From: Prevotella sp.
GTDB taxonomy: Bacteria; Bacteroidota; Bacteroidia; Bacteroidales; Dysgonomonadaceae
Direction: 5' to 3'
Assembly: GCA_031285625.1 (NCBI GenBank)
Contig: JAITVV010000092.1
Location: 32,001 to 96,000 of the forward strand
DNA length: 64,000 nucleotides
The position numbers and the translations under genes were made by a program. Positions 39,538 to 49,610 of the stretch are shown here, in pieces. How positions within the stretch are numbered: position 1 is the stretch's first letter; every line of letters starts with the position of its first letter. The notes beneath the pieces were generated by a model. It saw nothing but the letters and a program-made list of their open reading frames with translations. It had not been told where the DNA came from and did not search any database.

Positions 39538-40683
39538 ATGAAATTCTTCAACATAACATTACTTATTTCAATCTTCTTTGCACTTGCGGCCTGTAATAAA
39601 AACAGGCCAGCAGGGCAAGATAATAACCAGACTGAAGCAAATGCAGATACGGCATATACCGTACATTATGCAAAAGGTTTTCAAGTGAAAAAGTATGGTG
39701 ATTATACATTTGTATCAGTACGTGACCCATGGGATACAACCCGTTTGCTGCAAACATATATCTTAGTGGATAAGCAAAAAGAATTACCTGCTAATTTGCC
39801 TCAGGGTACAATAGTGAGAACGCCTCTAAATAATGTTGCTACATATTCTACTATACACTGTTCATCACTGAATGAACTGGGAGTTACAGATATTATAAAA
39901 GGTGTATGTGAGCCACAATATATCAAATTAGATGTGATTCAGCAGGGTGTAAAAAGCGGGACTATAACAGATCTGGGAATGGCAAGTAAACCTGATGTTG
40001 AGAAAATAATAATGTTGAATCCGGATGCGATTTTTGCCACTCCCATACAGGGCTGGACATATGGTAATATAGAAAAGACAAAGATACCTATTCTGGAAAC
40101 AATAGACTATACCGAGTCAAATCCGTTGGGACGCGCCGAATGGGTACGTTTTTATTCCCTGTTTACAGGAACAGAACAATTAGCTGATTCTCTCTTTGCT
40201 ATTACAGAAAAGAATTACAAAGAGATCAAAAAGATAGTATCTAACACCACCCAACGTCCGTCAGTTTTGACGGATATTCGCTATCAGGGCAAATGGAATA
40301 TGCCGGGAGGAAAAAGTTTTATGTCTAATATGCTGGCTGATGCCGGAGCTACATATCCTTGGGCAGAGAACAGTTCAACGACTTATATGCCTTTAGCTTT
40401 CGAAAGTGTACTGGATAAAGCAGGTGATGCTGATATATGGATCATAAAATACAATACACCTTCGGACTTGACTTATGAAAGCCTTGAGAAAGAGTATAAG
40501 CCATACTCTCACTTTAAATCATTTAGAGACAGGAATATATATGGATGTAATACCGCTTATAGCAGCTATTACGAGGATCTGCCAATTCATCCGGATTATA
40601 TATTAAAAGATATGGCATACGTGTTTCATCCTGAATTATTTCCGGATTACACACCTAAATATTACAAAAAGTTTGGTGAATGA
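39538..40683 (+). CDS. btuF: ABC transporter substrate-binding lipoprotein (BtuF-like)
   Basis: Lipobox LAAC, YAKGF, ESNPLGRAEW, PGGKS and HPDYILKD...FHPEL. Confidence 0.8.
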   Translation: MKFFNITLLISIFFALAACNKNRPAGQDNNQTEANADTAYTVHYAKGFQVKKYGDYTFVSVRDPWDTTRLLQTYILVDKQKELPANLPQGTIVRTPLNNVATYSTIHCSSLNELGVTDIIKGVCEPQYIKLDVIQQGVKSGTITDLGMASKPDVEKIIMLNPDAIFATPIQGWTYGNIEKTKIPILETIDYTESNPLGRAEWVRFYSLFTGTEQLADSLFAITEKNYKEIKKIVSNTTQRPSVLTDIRYQGKWNMPGGKSFMSNMLADAGATYPWAENSSTTYMPLAFESVLDKAGDADIWIIKYNTPSDLTYESLEKEYKPYSHFKSFRDRNIYGCNTAYSSYYEDLPIHPDYILKDMAYVFHPELFPDYTPKYYKKFGE

Positions 40684-40701
40684 TTATTATATATAGGTTT
40701 G

Positions 40702-40740
40702 AAAAGGTGTTGGAGTCATATTTGATCTAACACCTTTTTT
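40702..40740. terminator. Bidirectional terminator
   Basis: aaaaggtgtt...aacacctttt. Confidence 0.8.
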
Positions 40741-41401
40741 ATTCTGCATCTTCATTATCACCGCAACCTTTATCAAAATACTCCATCGTTTCGGGATCTA
40801 ATTCCAGACACTGTTTTTTTATTATTACCATTTTGTTGTCTACAACCTTATATGTTGTTTCATCCACATACATCCCTGCACAACACTGGTTTCGTTCAAA
40901 AATAGTTTTATTGTCGTCATTAAATTCTAAAGAGGTACCCATTATCTCACTTACAAAAAACTTTTTGATTTCAGGATCGTACAGTAAATATAAACTTACA
41001 GTATTAGGACCCGCTGCATATCCTGCAAACAATGAGAAATCCTCATAACCATCAAAATTAAAATCCCCGCCTCCTATGGTTCCCGCACCATGCCAATTAC
41101 AGAAATCACATTCAAGCTCAATTTCCTGAACAAACCTATTGGTATATTTATCAAATACCTGTACACTCGTAAAATCAGCAAAAGAGTATTCTTTACCTTT
41201 GGTTGTAACTAGTTTCAGATAATAATTTTCGAGTGAGTCTACTTCTGATATTTTGTTACACCATTCATCTTTTTCCCAGTCTTCTTCAGTAAGTGCCGAT
41301 ATTGTGCTTGGCGCTATCTGTCCATAGATATTTGCTGATATAATAAATAAGAATATAAAAGAAATAAGTTTCATAGTAGTATTGTAACAGTTAGATAGCA
41401 A
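40739..41401 (-). CDS. Hypothetical secreted protein (XAC2610-related, DxNFDGxxD Ca-binding-like loop)
   Basis: Signal peptide and GDFNFDGYEDFSL...YLYDP. The true start may be the second Met. Confidence 0.65.
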   Translation of the reverse strand: MLSNCYNTTMKLISFIFLFIISANIYGQIAPSTISALTEEDWEKDEWCNKISEVDSLENYYLKLVTTKGKEYSFADFTSVQVFDKYTNRFVQEIELECDFCNWHGAGTIGGGDFNFDGYEDFSLFAGYAAGPNTVSLYLLYDPEIKKFFVSEIMGTSLEFNDDNKTIFERNQCCAGMYVDETTYKVVDNKMVIIKKQCLELDPETMEYFDKGCGDNEDAE

Positions 41402-41416
41402 ATGTATAAAATAAAT

Positions 41417-41454
41417 AAAAGCAATACTCTTCTTTAATCAAGAGTATTGCTTTT
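41417..41454. terminator. Intrinsic terminator
   Basis: aaaagcaatactctt...aagagtattgctttt perfect stem. Confidence 0.85.
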
Positions 41455-41474
41455 TATAAATATGTTCAAATTAT

Positions 41475-42113
41475 TCAGTAATAATGAACAATATCTATTA
41501 CATCAGATATGGACATTGCTCCCGGATTAATCCCCGGTTCCCCTTCAGGTACAGGTAGATTCAGTTTCCCGAAGTATTCTTTCCACTCTTTGGTTATCTC
41601 ATCCGAATCAGGCGATTTGAAAGTCATTATATTTAAAGGAAAAACAGGAACATTGTTATTTGCCCTTAATAGTATCTCATAAATAAATTCAGAGCAATAA
41701 TATTTATCATTCCCCATTACAAATCCATCATCATATTCTTTCCCGACCAACATAAATCCTTCCTCAATCGCTTTTGGAATACATCGTTGATACTCATCCT
41801 TCAGACGCCCGACCACAGATACGGGAAAACATCCTTTTCCATCTTCAGGATACAAATATCGATGCAAGGGCGTTACAGCTACTTTAGGATGAATAGCTTC
41901 AATCACATAAATACTACCTTTTTCATCGATATATACCATGCCTACATGAGTAAATTGATATCGATCCACACTAATTGTAACATCTTTTATAGCATTCCCC
42001 ATATTTCCTGAACATGATTCCTGAAAGATGAGATCGCCAGTCTGAAGTTTAAAGTCATCAGCCTTAACATTTAGGAATGATAAAATCAAGATAAAATATA
42101 TTATATTTCTCAT
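41475..42113 (-). CDS. Permuted papain-like NlpC/P60 enzyme (YiiX/YebB-like)
   Basis: LQTGDLIFQ, THVGM, VIEA and YYCSEF. Confidence 0.88.
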   Translation of the reverse strand: MRNIIYFILILSFLNVKADDFKLQTGDLIFQESCSGNMGNAIKDVTISVDRYQFTHVGMVYIDEKGSIYVIEAIHPKVAVTPLHRYLYPEDGKGCFPVSVVGRLKDEYQRCIPKAIEEGFMLVGKEYDDGFVMGNDKYYCSEFIYEILLRANNNVPVFPLNIMTFKSPDSDEITKEWKEYFGKLNLPVPEGEPGINPGAMSISDVIDIVHYY

Positions 42114-42121
42114 GTCTTTTT

Positions 42122-44140
42122 TTATCTGAAAGTATAATTAATGCCCCCCATCAACCAAAAACCGGCCTGTGGAATATTACCCCTATCGAAATAATGGGTA
42201 TCATAAAGGTTATTCATACTTAAATTGAATAAGATGTCCTTATATCTATAATTCAGTTTAAGGTCAAGAGTCGTAAATGAAGGATATGGTTCATTACCCA
42301 CTTTCTCCCGATTTTCGTATTTCTCATATACTCCCATCCTTTTCTGAAAACGAAAATACCATCCTGCTGAGAATCCCTTATATATCTCATGATGAAATTG
42401 TACCGTAAATTTATCTCGCAAATAATTAAGGCTATACAGTGAAACAAAATCCAGCGTATTACTCGACTGATGCATACGGGCATAGTCCAAAGAGAGCGAG
42501 GCCTGCTGACCTAAAGCAGGGAGAAGGTCTCCTAAACGAAATTTCACACCCATTTCCACTCCTTTTGTGTCTATCTTGGTCATGTTCCATGAAGCCCATT
42601 TATCATCTACTTTCACCCAGTCTATCATATCTCTTCCCCATAGAAGAAATCCGGTAAGATATGCACTGAAAAAAGAATTATTATACTTTAGATTAAGATC
42701 TAAAGACTCTGATTTCTCGGGTTTCAGTCCACTATTTCCATTATGTGTTTCTGTAGTATAATACAGGTCTGTAAAAGTCGGCATACGCGTCGATTTACTC
42801 CATGATGCCGATATATTAAATTTATCAACAGGACGGTAACTAACACTCATTGTTGGGTAAAATTTATATTTACCACTCAATAATGTATTATGATTCATTA
42901 GTACCCCCGCTGATATAACTACTTTTTCTAAATTCAATGTATGCTCCAATGCCACACTGGTATTGGTGCGGTCATCATACATTTTATATTTCCGGTGAGG
43001 TTCTACCATTGGTTTGCCCAGTACCGTACTCATTATATCTTCTCTTCGGATTTCACTCCCCAGGCTTGTTGTACCCAGTTTCCATTTATACATAAAAATC
43101 AGGTTTGCACCATATGTATCATTACGATGAAAATTACGCCCGAAGTCGGTATCTTTAACCAGATCAAACTGATCATGATGCCTGTTCCAGTAAACAATTG
43201 GAATAACTTTAAAATCTGAACCGAATTCACCTTTCAGTGATCCCATATAAGTACTGGTGTGATCGTACTGATTCGGATATTTAGCTGAATAAAAAGTATT
43301 AGCCCCATACTTTTTATCGTTATAACCCAATTGAAGGTCGACTTTAGATGCGTCCTTCACTCTGAAACGGGTCTGCCAAAGCACATTATAAAGGTCATAA
43401 TCACTATTTGCGATATACCCTGATGAAGAACTATATCCCACAGATAAGCTACTTGTAGCAATACCGGTTTTGGCAACGCCACGCACTTCCATGCCGCGTA
43501 GTTTATGCATGCCTGCTTCCACGCTTGCATAAGCTTTATAATCTGCATTTTTTTTAGTAATAATATTGATTCCCCCTGAAAAAGCACTGGCACCATATAT
43601 AAGGGCTGATGGGCCGTGAATGATTTCGATACGTTCAATGTCGGAAAGATTGATGGGAATGTCGAAGCTGTAGTGTCCTGTCTGGGCATTGGAGATATTA
43701 ACTCCGTTTAATAGGACTGCGTTTTGATCGAATGTGCCGCCTCTGATCGAAATGTCGGCTTGTACACCATGTCCGCCTCGTTGGATTACATCTATGTTAG
43801 CGGCGTAAACTAACAAATCCTGAATACTCTGGACGGGTGCCTGCTCTATCTGCTCTTTGGTGATTACCGTCACAAGCTTTGCTGTCTGATTGATCGGAGT
43901 CTCTACCCTCGATGCCGTAACCATGACTTCATCCAGCTCTTTCTCCATTACTTTTTGTTGTTGCTCGTTACTAGCTGTCGTTTGTGCAGAAACGGTGGAT
44001 ACATGCAAAAATGTAAGTGCACACCCTGTTACAACGCCAATGTTCACAAGCCTGTGCATACTGTTAAATGCACTGTAAGCCTTTCGCAAAAATCTTTTGA
44101 AGCGATAAGCTTGTTGTTGATTCGAATGCTTTTGATTCAT
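42122..44140 (-). CDS. TonB-dependent receptor
   Basis: LDEVMVTASR, ISIRGG, ERIEIIHGPSALIYG, LKPEKS and a C-terminal YTFR. Confidence 0.92.
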   Translation of the reverse strand: MNQKHSNQQQAYRFKRFLRKAYSAFNSMHRLVNIGVVTGCALTFLHVSTVSAQTTASNEQQQKVMEKELDEVMVTASRVETPINQTAKLVTVITKEQIEQAPVQSIQDLLVYAANIDVIQRGGHGVQADISIRGGTFDQNAVLLNGVNISNAQTGHYSFDIPINLSDIERIEIIHGPSALIYGASAFSGGINIITKKNADYKAYASVEAGMHKLRGMEVRGVAKTGIATSSLSVGYSSSSGYIANSDYDLYNVLWQTRFRVKDASKVDLQLGYNDKKYGANTFYSAKYPNQYDHTSTYMGSLKGEFGSDFKVIPIVYWNRHHDQFDLVKDTDFGRNFHRNDTYGANLIFMYKWKLGTTSLGSEIRREDIMSTVLGKPMVEPHRKYKMYDDRTNTSVALEHTLNLEKVVISAGVLMNHNTLLSGKYKFYPTMSVSYRPVDKFNISASWSKSTRMPTFTDLYYTTETHNGNSGLKPEKSESLDLNLKYNNSFFSAYLTGFLLWGRDMIDWVKVDDKWASWNMTKIDTKGVEMGVKFRLGDLLPALGQQASLSLDYARMHQSSNTLDFVSLYSLNYLRDKFTVQFHHEIYKGFSAGWYFRFQKRMGVYEKYENREKVGNEPYPSFTTLDLKLNYRYKDILFNLSMNNLYDTHYFDRGNIPQAGFWLMGGINYTFR

Positions 44141-44176
44141 TTTTAGTTAATTTGTTAATAAAATAAAATGTCGCCA

Positions 44177-44184
44177 CAAAAGTA
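44177..44184 (-). promoter_or_regulatory. Bacteroidetes -7 element embedded in an 8-bp inverted repeat
   Basis: TACTTTTG on the minus strand, with tcgccaca (44171) and tgtggcga (44195) around it. Confidence 0.55.
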
Positions 44185-44227
44185 TAAAAACTGATGTGGC
44201 GAACAATATAAAACGAGCTTTATTTTA

Positions 44228-44998
44228 TTATTTCAATGATTCAAAATCATCTTTTGCCGGTATCCGTTTTTCTTTGAGCACTTCCATAAAAATTTCTTCG
44301 GCTTCTTCTGCTTGATCATCTTCCAAGCCCATAGCTTCACAAAGAAACAGTTCAAACATTTCCTCAATAGCACCGTTCCCTTCTGTTTCTTCCCACGCAG
44401 CCAGTTCTTTCAGATAGTTGTTCAGATTGTTTCCTTCATTCAGATATGTGGTTATTTCATTTACGTCATCATATGTAAAATTATCCCCTCTGTGTTGGCT
44501 GTTTGCAAAAAATAAAGCAATCAATACAGGAACAGTTTTTTCACAATATCCCATTTTATTCAATATCTCCCAAACTCCAAAGAATGCAAAAGGATCGGCT
44601 TCATGATCCAAATCCCTGGTCGCCAAATGACGTGCGAAAAGCAGAATATCCCCATCCTCTTGACTGGCCATCGCCAATTGCCCCGCAAAGAAAGAGCCGG
44701 CAGACCATTCGCTGTCAACATCAATAGGGCCATTCCAATATTTGTTATTTATACTGGTAATCCCTTCAATTATCTGACGTATTACAGGATATAGCTCAGG
44801 ATATTGAACTGCATCTATAGCAAGGGTATCTTCTATATTCATTCCTTTCCCATTTTCAAAATAGTCTTCCAGTTCATCTTGCCATAAAAGATCACTATAC
44901 CAGTTATCTTCCTCATAGTCTTCTTGGGTAGCTTTCTTTATAGTTTCGTAAATTCTGTTGAGTGTTTGCTCAAGTGTGTGTTTTGTAAGGTTAGTCAT
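44228..44998 (-). CDS. Hypothetical highly acidic cytoplasmic protein
   Basis: 256-aa ATG ORF rich in Asp/Glu, with no signal peptide. Confidence 0.7.
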   Translation of the reverse strand: MTNLTKHTLEQTLNRIYETIKKATQEDYEEDNWYSDLLWQDELEDYFENGKGMNIEDTLAIDAVQYPELYPVIRQIIEGITSINNKYWNGPIDVDSEWSAGSFFAGQLAMASQEDGDILLFARHLATRDLDHEADPFAFFGVWEILNKMGYCEKTVPVLIALFFANSQHRGDNFTYDDVNEITTYLNEGNNLNNYLKELAAWEETEGNGAIEEMFELFLCEAMGLEDDQAEEAEEIFMEVLKEKRIPAKDDFESLK

Positions 44999-45236
44999 AA
45001 GTTTATTATTTAGAATAGATTAGAAATCAAATATAAAAACTTTATAATCCTATCAGACTGAATATTGAAAGTTTTTATCTCATTGACACATTGTATAAAA
45101 TATTTCTATTATATTTACTACCCCGAACAGGTATTAAAAAGTATAAAAATAATGTTTGAACCTTACAAAATACTCCCTTCTCTTAATACGAAAGAACAAT
45201 CCCATTAAAATCAACTAAAAAACAATCTATATAATA

Positions 45237-46775
45237 ATGAAGAAATCTTACGAACAATTTATTGCCCGTCAGGAGCTTCTGAAGAAACAATATGACGATA
45301 CATATTATCAGAAACAACACCAACGAGGCAAATTAACCGCGCGTGAACGCATCTTATTACTCTTCGACGAAGGTACATTTGAAGAAACGGATGCTTATGC
45401 TCCGCCCGCAACAGCATCATTCGGGAAAACAGTAAAAGCCTTTGGCGATGGAGTAATCACCGGATTTGGAAAGGTAAACGGACGACTGGTATATGCCTAC
45501 TCTCAGGATTTTAATGTATTGGGTGGTTCACTGGGTGCCACCCATGCCGCTAAAATAGCCAAAATACAAGGTATGGCACTTAAAACCGGTTCACCGATGG
45601 TGGGACTTATCGACTCGGGTGGCGCACGCATACAAGAAGGAATCAGCAGTCTCGACGGATATGCCAGTATATTCAGGCAAAATATATTATCATCCGGTGT
45701 GATTCCTCAAATATCCGTGATCATGGGACCGGCAGCCGGAGGAGCAGTATACTCCCCTGCCCTCACCGACTTTATCTTTATGACAGCCGATACAAGCTAT
45801 ATGTTTGTTACCGGCCCTAATGTAGTAAAGGAAGTTCTGAATGAAACCGTATCAACGGAAGATCTGGGAGGCGCCTCAGTACATGCAACAAAATCAGGAG
45901 TAGCAGATTTCGTTTACAGTGATGATGAGAATACGCTGTTAGGTGTTAAAAAATTATTATCATATCTGCCATCAAACAATTTGGAAAATCCGCCTCTTAC
46001 CGAACCTGCAATACCAACCAGAGAAGATGAGCAATTGAGAAATATTGTTCCCGAAGACCCGGATAAACCATATAATGTAAAAGATATTGTAAGCCTGATA
46101 GTAGACAATGGAAATTTCCTCGAAGTTTCTGAAAATCATGCAGCGAATATATTCACTGCTTTTGCCCGTATCGACGGACAGGTAGTTGGTATTGTAGCCA
46201 ATCAACCAAAAGTAATGGCAGGTACACTTGATACTCATTCATCGGTAAAGGGGGCACGCTTTATCAATATATGCGATGCTTTCAATATACCAATTGTAAC
46301 ACTGGTAGATGTTCCGGGATTTCTTCCGGGTACAGACCAGGAACATGAAGGGATTATCCGTCATGGAGCTAAATTATTGTATGCTTATACTTATGCCACT
46401 GTACCTAAAATAACAGTCATATTACGCAAAGCCTATGGAGGTGCATATATAGTAATGAACAGCAAAGGCATTGGCGGCGACTTTAGTTTTGCATGGCCTA
46501 CTGCCGAGATTGCTGTGATGGGGCCCGACGGAGCTATCGCAATACTCTACCGAAAAGAATTGAGCGAAGCGGAAGATCCTGTAATACTGAAAAAGGAGTT
46601 AACAGACAAATACCGTGAAGAAGTAACAAATCCATATATAGCTGATGAAAAAGGCTATATAGACGAAGTAATCGATCCGGCACTCACCAAGCAGAAAATC
46701 GCTTCGAGCCTGAAAGCCCTGCAACGTAAGATTGAACTCAGACCAAAACGTAAACATGGTAATCTACCTTTGTAA
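45237..46775 (+). CDS. pccB: Acyl-CoA (propionyl/methylmalonyl-CoA-type) carboxyltransferase beta subunit
   Basis: GKLTARERI, DSGGARIQEG, GGAVYSPALTD, RKAYGGAY and KHGNLPL. Confidence 0.9.
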   Translation: MKKSYEQFIARQELLKKQYDDTYYQKQHQRGKLTARERILLLFDEGTFEETDAYAPPATASFGKTVKAFGDGVITGFGKVNGRLVYAYSQDFNVLGGSLGATHAAKIAKIQGMALKTGSPMVGLIDSGGARIQEGISSLDGYASIFRQNILSSGVIPQISVIMGPAAGGAVYSPALTDFIFMTADTSYMFVTGPNVVKEVLNETVSTEDLGGASVHATKSGVADFVYSDDENTLLGVKKLLSYLPSNNLENPPLTEPAIPTREDEQLRNIVPEDPDKPYNVKDIVSLIVDNGNFLEVSENHAANIFTAFARIDGQVVGIVANQPKVMAGTLDTHSSVKGARFINICDAFNIPIVTLVDVPGFLPGTDQEHEGIIRHGAKLLYAYTYATVPKITVILRKAYGGAYIVMNSKGIGGDFSFAWPTAEIAVMGPDGAIAILYRKELSEAEDPVILKKELTDKYREEVTNPYIADEKGYIDEVIDPALTKQKIASSLKALQRKIELRPKRKHGNLPL

Positions 46776-46792
46776 CACTAAAACAGTATCTG

Positions 46793-48295
46793 ATGAAACA
46801 TAAAAATAAAATAAAATCGATCCTCATAGCCAATCGTGGGGAGATTGCCATCAGGATAGCACAAACAGCTAAAAAGATGGGAATAGAATCAGTAGGAATA
46901 CGCACATCCAAAGAGCCAAATGCCTATTATCTGACTCAGGTAGACCGGATTCTTAACTTTCCGGAAAGAGAAATCAATGATACTCCAGAATTTTTAGATA
47001 TAGAATGCCTTGTTCTATTAGCCAGCAGGAATAAGATTGATGCCATTCATCCGGGATACGGATATCTGTCGGAAAATGCCCAGTTTGCAACCCGCTGTAC
47101 AGAAGAAGGAATTATCTTTATTGGCCCCTCTCCCCGTATTATTCAAAACATGGGTGATAAAATCACTGCTAAAAACATTGCCGCAAAAGGTAAGGTTCCT
47201 ATGCTCGGAGGTAGCGGTGGTAGTGTAGATACACTGGATGAAGCACTGGAAATAGCTAAAAACATAGGGTTTCCCATCATAATAAAAGCTTCAGCAGGAG
47301 GCGGTGGACGTGGTATGCGTATTGTACGTAAACAATCGGAACTCAAGCAAATGTATCTGTCGGCAGCTTCCGAAGCATTAGCAGCATTCAATAATCCATC
47401 TGTTTTTATCGAAAAATATCTGGAAAACCCCAAGCATATCGAAATACAGATTGTTGCAGATTCTCACGGAAATATAATTCATTTGGGAGAGCGGGAATGT
47501 TCTGTTCAACGCAAACATCAGAAACTGCTTGAAGAAGCTCCTTCACCAGCCCTGGACGAAGAATTACGCAAGAGGATGACAGATGCTGCAATTTCTCTGG
47601 CCAGGGAAGCCAAATACTTGAGCCTTGGTACTGTAGAGTTTTTGTTGGATAAGGATAAGAACTTTTACTTCATGGAAATGAATACACGAGTTCAGGTTGA
47701 ACATCCCGTTACAGAGATGATAACAGGACTTGATCTGATCGAATTACAGATACGTATTGCTAATGGGGAAAAACTACCTATCACACAAGATGATATAAAA
47801 CTTACAGGCTGGGCAATTGAGTGCCGTATCAATGCAGAAGATGTGCAGGCAAATTTCTCTCCTTGTACCGGTATTATCAAAGCATTACGCCTACCTAAAG
47901 GCAGTAATACAAGAATAGACAAAGGAGTGATAGTCGGTTCTGAAATCACACCATTCTTTGATTCGATGATTGCAAAATTGATTATTCATGGAAAAGACCG
48001 GGATACAACTATTGCCAGAACAATAAAAGCGCTGAATAAATTCCATATAAAAGGGATTAAAACAACAATACCTTTCGATAAAGCTGTATTGCATAACAAA
48101 ACATTCCAAAAGGGTGATTATAATACCTCCTTTATTGAAAAGCAATTAGACTCTCTGGTATATCGTGAAAAAGATGAAGACCTGTTCGCTGCCTTATTTT
48201 CAGCTAACCAGTTCAGAAAACAAAATCAGAACGTGGTAGAGAAAAAAGAAGAAATAGACAACTGGTCTCTGAGAAACAGGATTAATAATCTGTAA
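46793..48295 (+). CDS. accC: Biotin carboxylase subunit
   Basis: IANRGEIA, HPGYGYLSEN, GGGGRGMR and EMNTRVQVEHPVTE. Confidence 0.93.
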   Translation: MKHKNKIKSILIANRGEIAIRIAQTAKKMGIESVGIRTSKEPNAYYLTQVDRILNFPEREINDTPEFLDIECLVLLASRNKIDAIHPGYGYLSENAQFATRCTEEGIIFIGPSPRIIQNMGDKITAKNIAAKGKVPMLGGSGGSVDTLDEALEIAKNIGFPIIIKASAGGGGRGMRIVRKQSELKQMYLSAASEALAAFNNPSVFIEKYLENPKHIEIQIVADSHGNIIHLGERECSVQRKHQKLLEEAPSPALDEELRKRMTDAAISLAREAKYLSLGTVEFLLDKDKNFYFMEMNTRVQVEHPVTEMITGLDLIELQIRIANGEKLPITQDDIKLTGWAIECRINAEDVQANFSPCTGIIKALRLPKGSNTRIDKGVIVGSEITPFFDSMIAKLIIHGKDRDTTIARTIKALNKFHIKGIKTTIPFDKAVLHNKTFQKGDYNTSFIEKQLDSLVYREKDEDLFAALFSANQFRKQNQNVVEKKEEIDNWSLRNRINNL

Positions 48296-48306
48296 TATCC
48301 ACAAGT

Positions 48307-48837
48307 ATGAGAAATAAACAAGATAAACCTATTATAGCTCTTGACAAGAACTCAAATAATGCATTTGAATTCTTAGTAGACGACAATAACCGATATACAT
48401 ATACTTCGAAAGAACTGAACTTCGAAATTGAAACTACCCTTGACGGCTTTACTGTTATGACTGTAAATGGTATCACCTATCCTGTAGAGATCATATCCCA
48501 ACACCAGAATGAGTATGAACTGCTTGTAAATGGGGTTAGCTATCTTTTTTCGATAGAATCACCATTTTCGCTACAGCGCAAAAAATTATTATTAACATTG
48601 TCAAGCGAGTCCAGTACAATACGTCTGAAAGCTCCTATGCCGGGCAAAATACTCGATGTATTGGTAAAAACAGGAGATGCTGTAAAAGTGGGTGATACAC
48701 TGCTTATATTGGAAGCTATGAAAATGCAGAATGCGATTCTGGCCAGTACAAAAGGTATCATAAAGAAAGTATTAGTTAAAAAAGGTGATACCACAAGCAA
48801 GAGTGACTTATTGATTGAATTGGAAAAAGAAGTATAA
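48307..48837 (+). CDS. Biotin carboxyl carrier protein
   Basis: APMPG...EAMKMQN biotinylation motif. Confidence 0.92.
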   Translation: MRNKQDKPIIALDKNSNNAFEFLVDDNNRYTYTSKELNFEIETTLDGFTVMTVNGITYPVEIISQHQNEYELLVNGVSYLFSIESPFSLQRKKLLLTLSSESSTIRLKAPMPGKILDVLVKTGDAVKVGDTLLILEAMKMQNAILASTKGIIKKVLVKKGDTTSKSDLLIELEKEV

Positions 48838-48850
48838 AAATAGTATCGTT

Positions 48851-49560
48851 ATGAGACTCTTTATAATAATAAATTTGCTTTTATCATTGGCTTTAATATC
48901 TTGCCAAAAGAAACAGCTAAGTCAAGACGATTATCAATCAAATTCAACAATGATTGGTGTAGCTGTATGGAAAATGAATCAAAAGATAAAACACCGGAAG
49001 TTATCATTTCACAAATTTCGGTTAACTGTATTCAAAGTGTAATGCTGCAATATACGCAAGATGAACAATTATATGATGATATTCGCGCACTTGTAGCAGC
49101 AAAAGGTTATGATGATACTTTGTCGGATTATGAAAAAGAGAAGTTATTCGGCAAAGAACTTGGGAAAATTTTAATAACAAACGCTGTCGATAATTGCATT
49201 GCATATCGCCATGCTTTAGTACAATATAAAAAAGATTATATTGAAAAAGCAAAAAAAGAAATGGACCCGGAAGACAAAACCGGAACAGACGAATTGATAA
49301 ATAATATGCAATCGCATCTGGATGGAATTGATGCAGGCCAAACAAATAACCCTCAAATAAAGAAACGGGTCAGTGCTTATTATGCATTATTAGGACTGTT
49401 ATATGAATATGCAGGTAAAGAGATTCCTGCAATTGAACAGTATGATAAAGCTATATTAATCGATCCGGAGAATTCCAATGCAATTGCATTCAAAAAATTA
49501 CTGGTAAGGTATAAAAATGATGAGCAGGACCTTTCATCTCATCGAATTCATAATGATTAA
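48851..49560 (+). pseudogene. Frameshifted TPR-containing lipoprotein gene, or an assembly error
   Basis: ATG 48851 gives MRLFIIINLLLSLALISC (lipobox). Adding one A at caatc (about 48937) joins it to the 48901-frame body IKFNNDWCSC..., which ends in a TPR (YALLGLLY...AIEQYDKAILIDP). Confidence 0.7.
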
Positions 49561-49610
49561 CTTTGCTGTAATTAACGCCCAAAAGGCTTCTAAAAACAAT
49601 ATTTTATAAT

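Noticed and set aside
48815-49042. 75-aa ORF and the TTG-start 219-aa ORF (48901) as separate genes
   Set aside because: They are better explained as one frameshifted lipoprotein gene.
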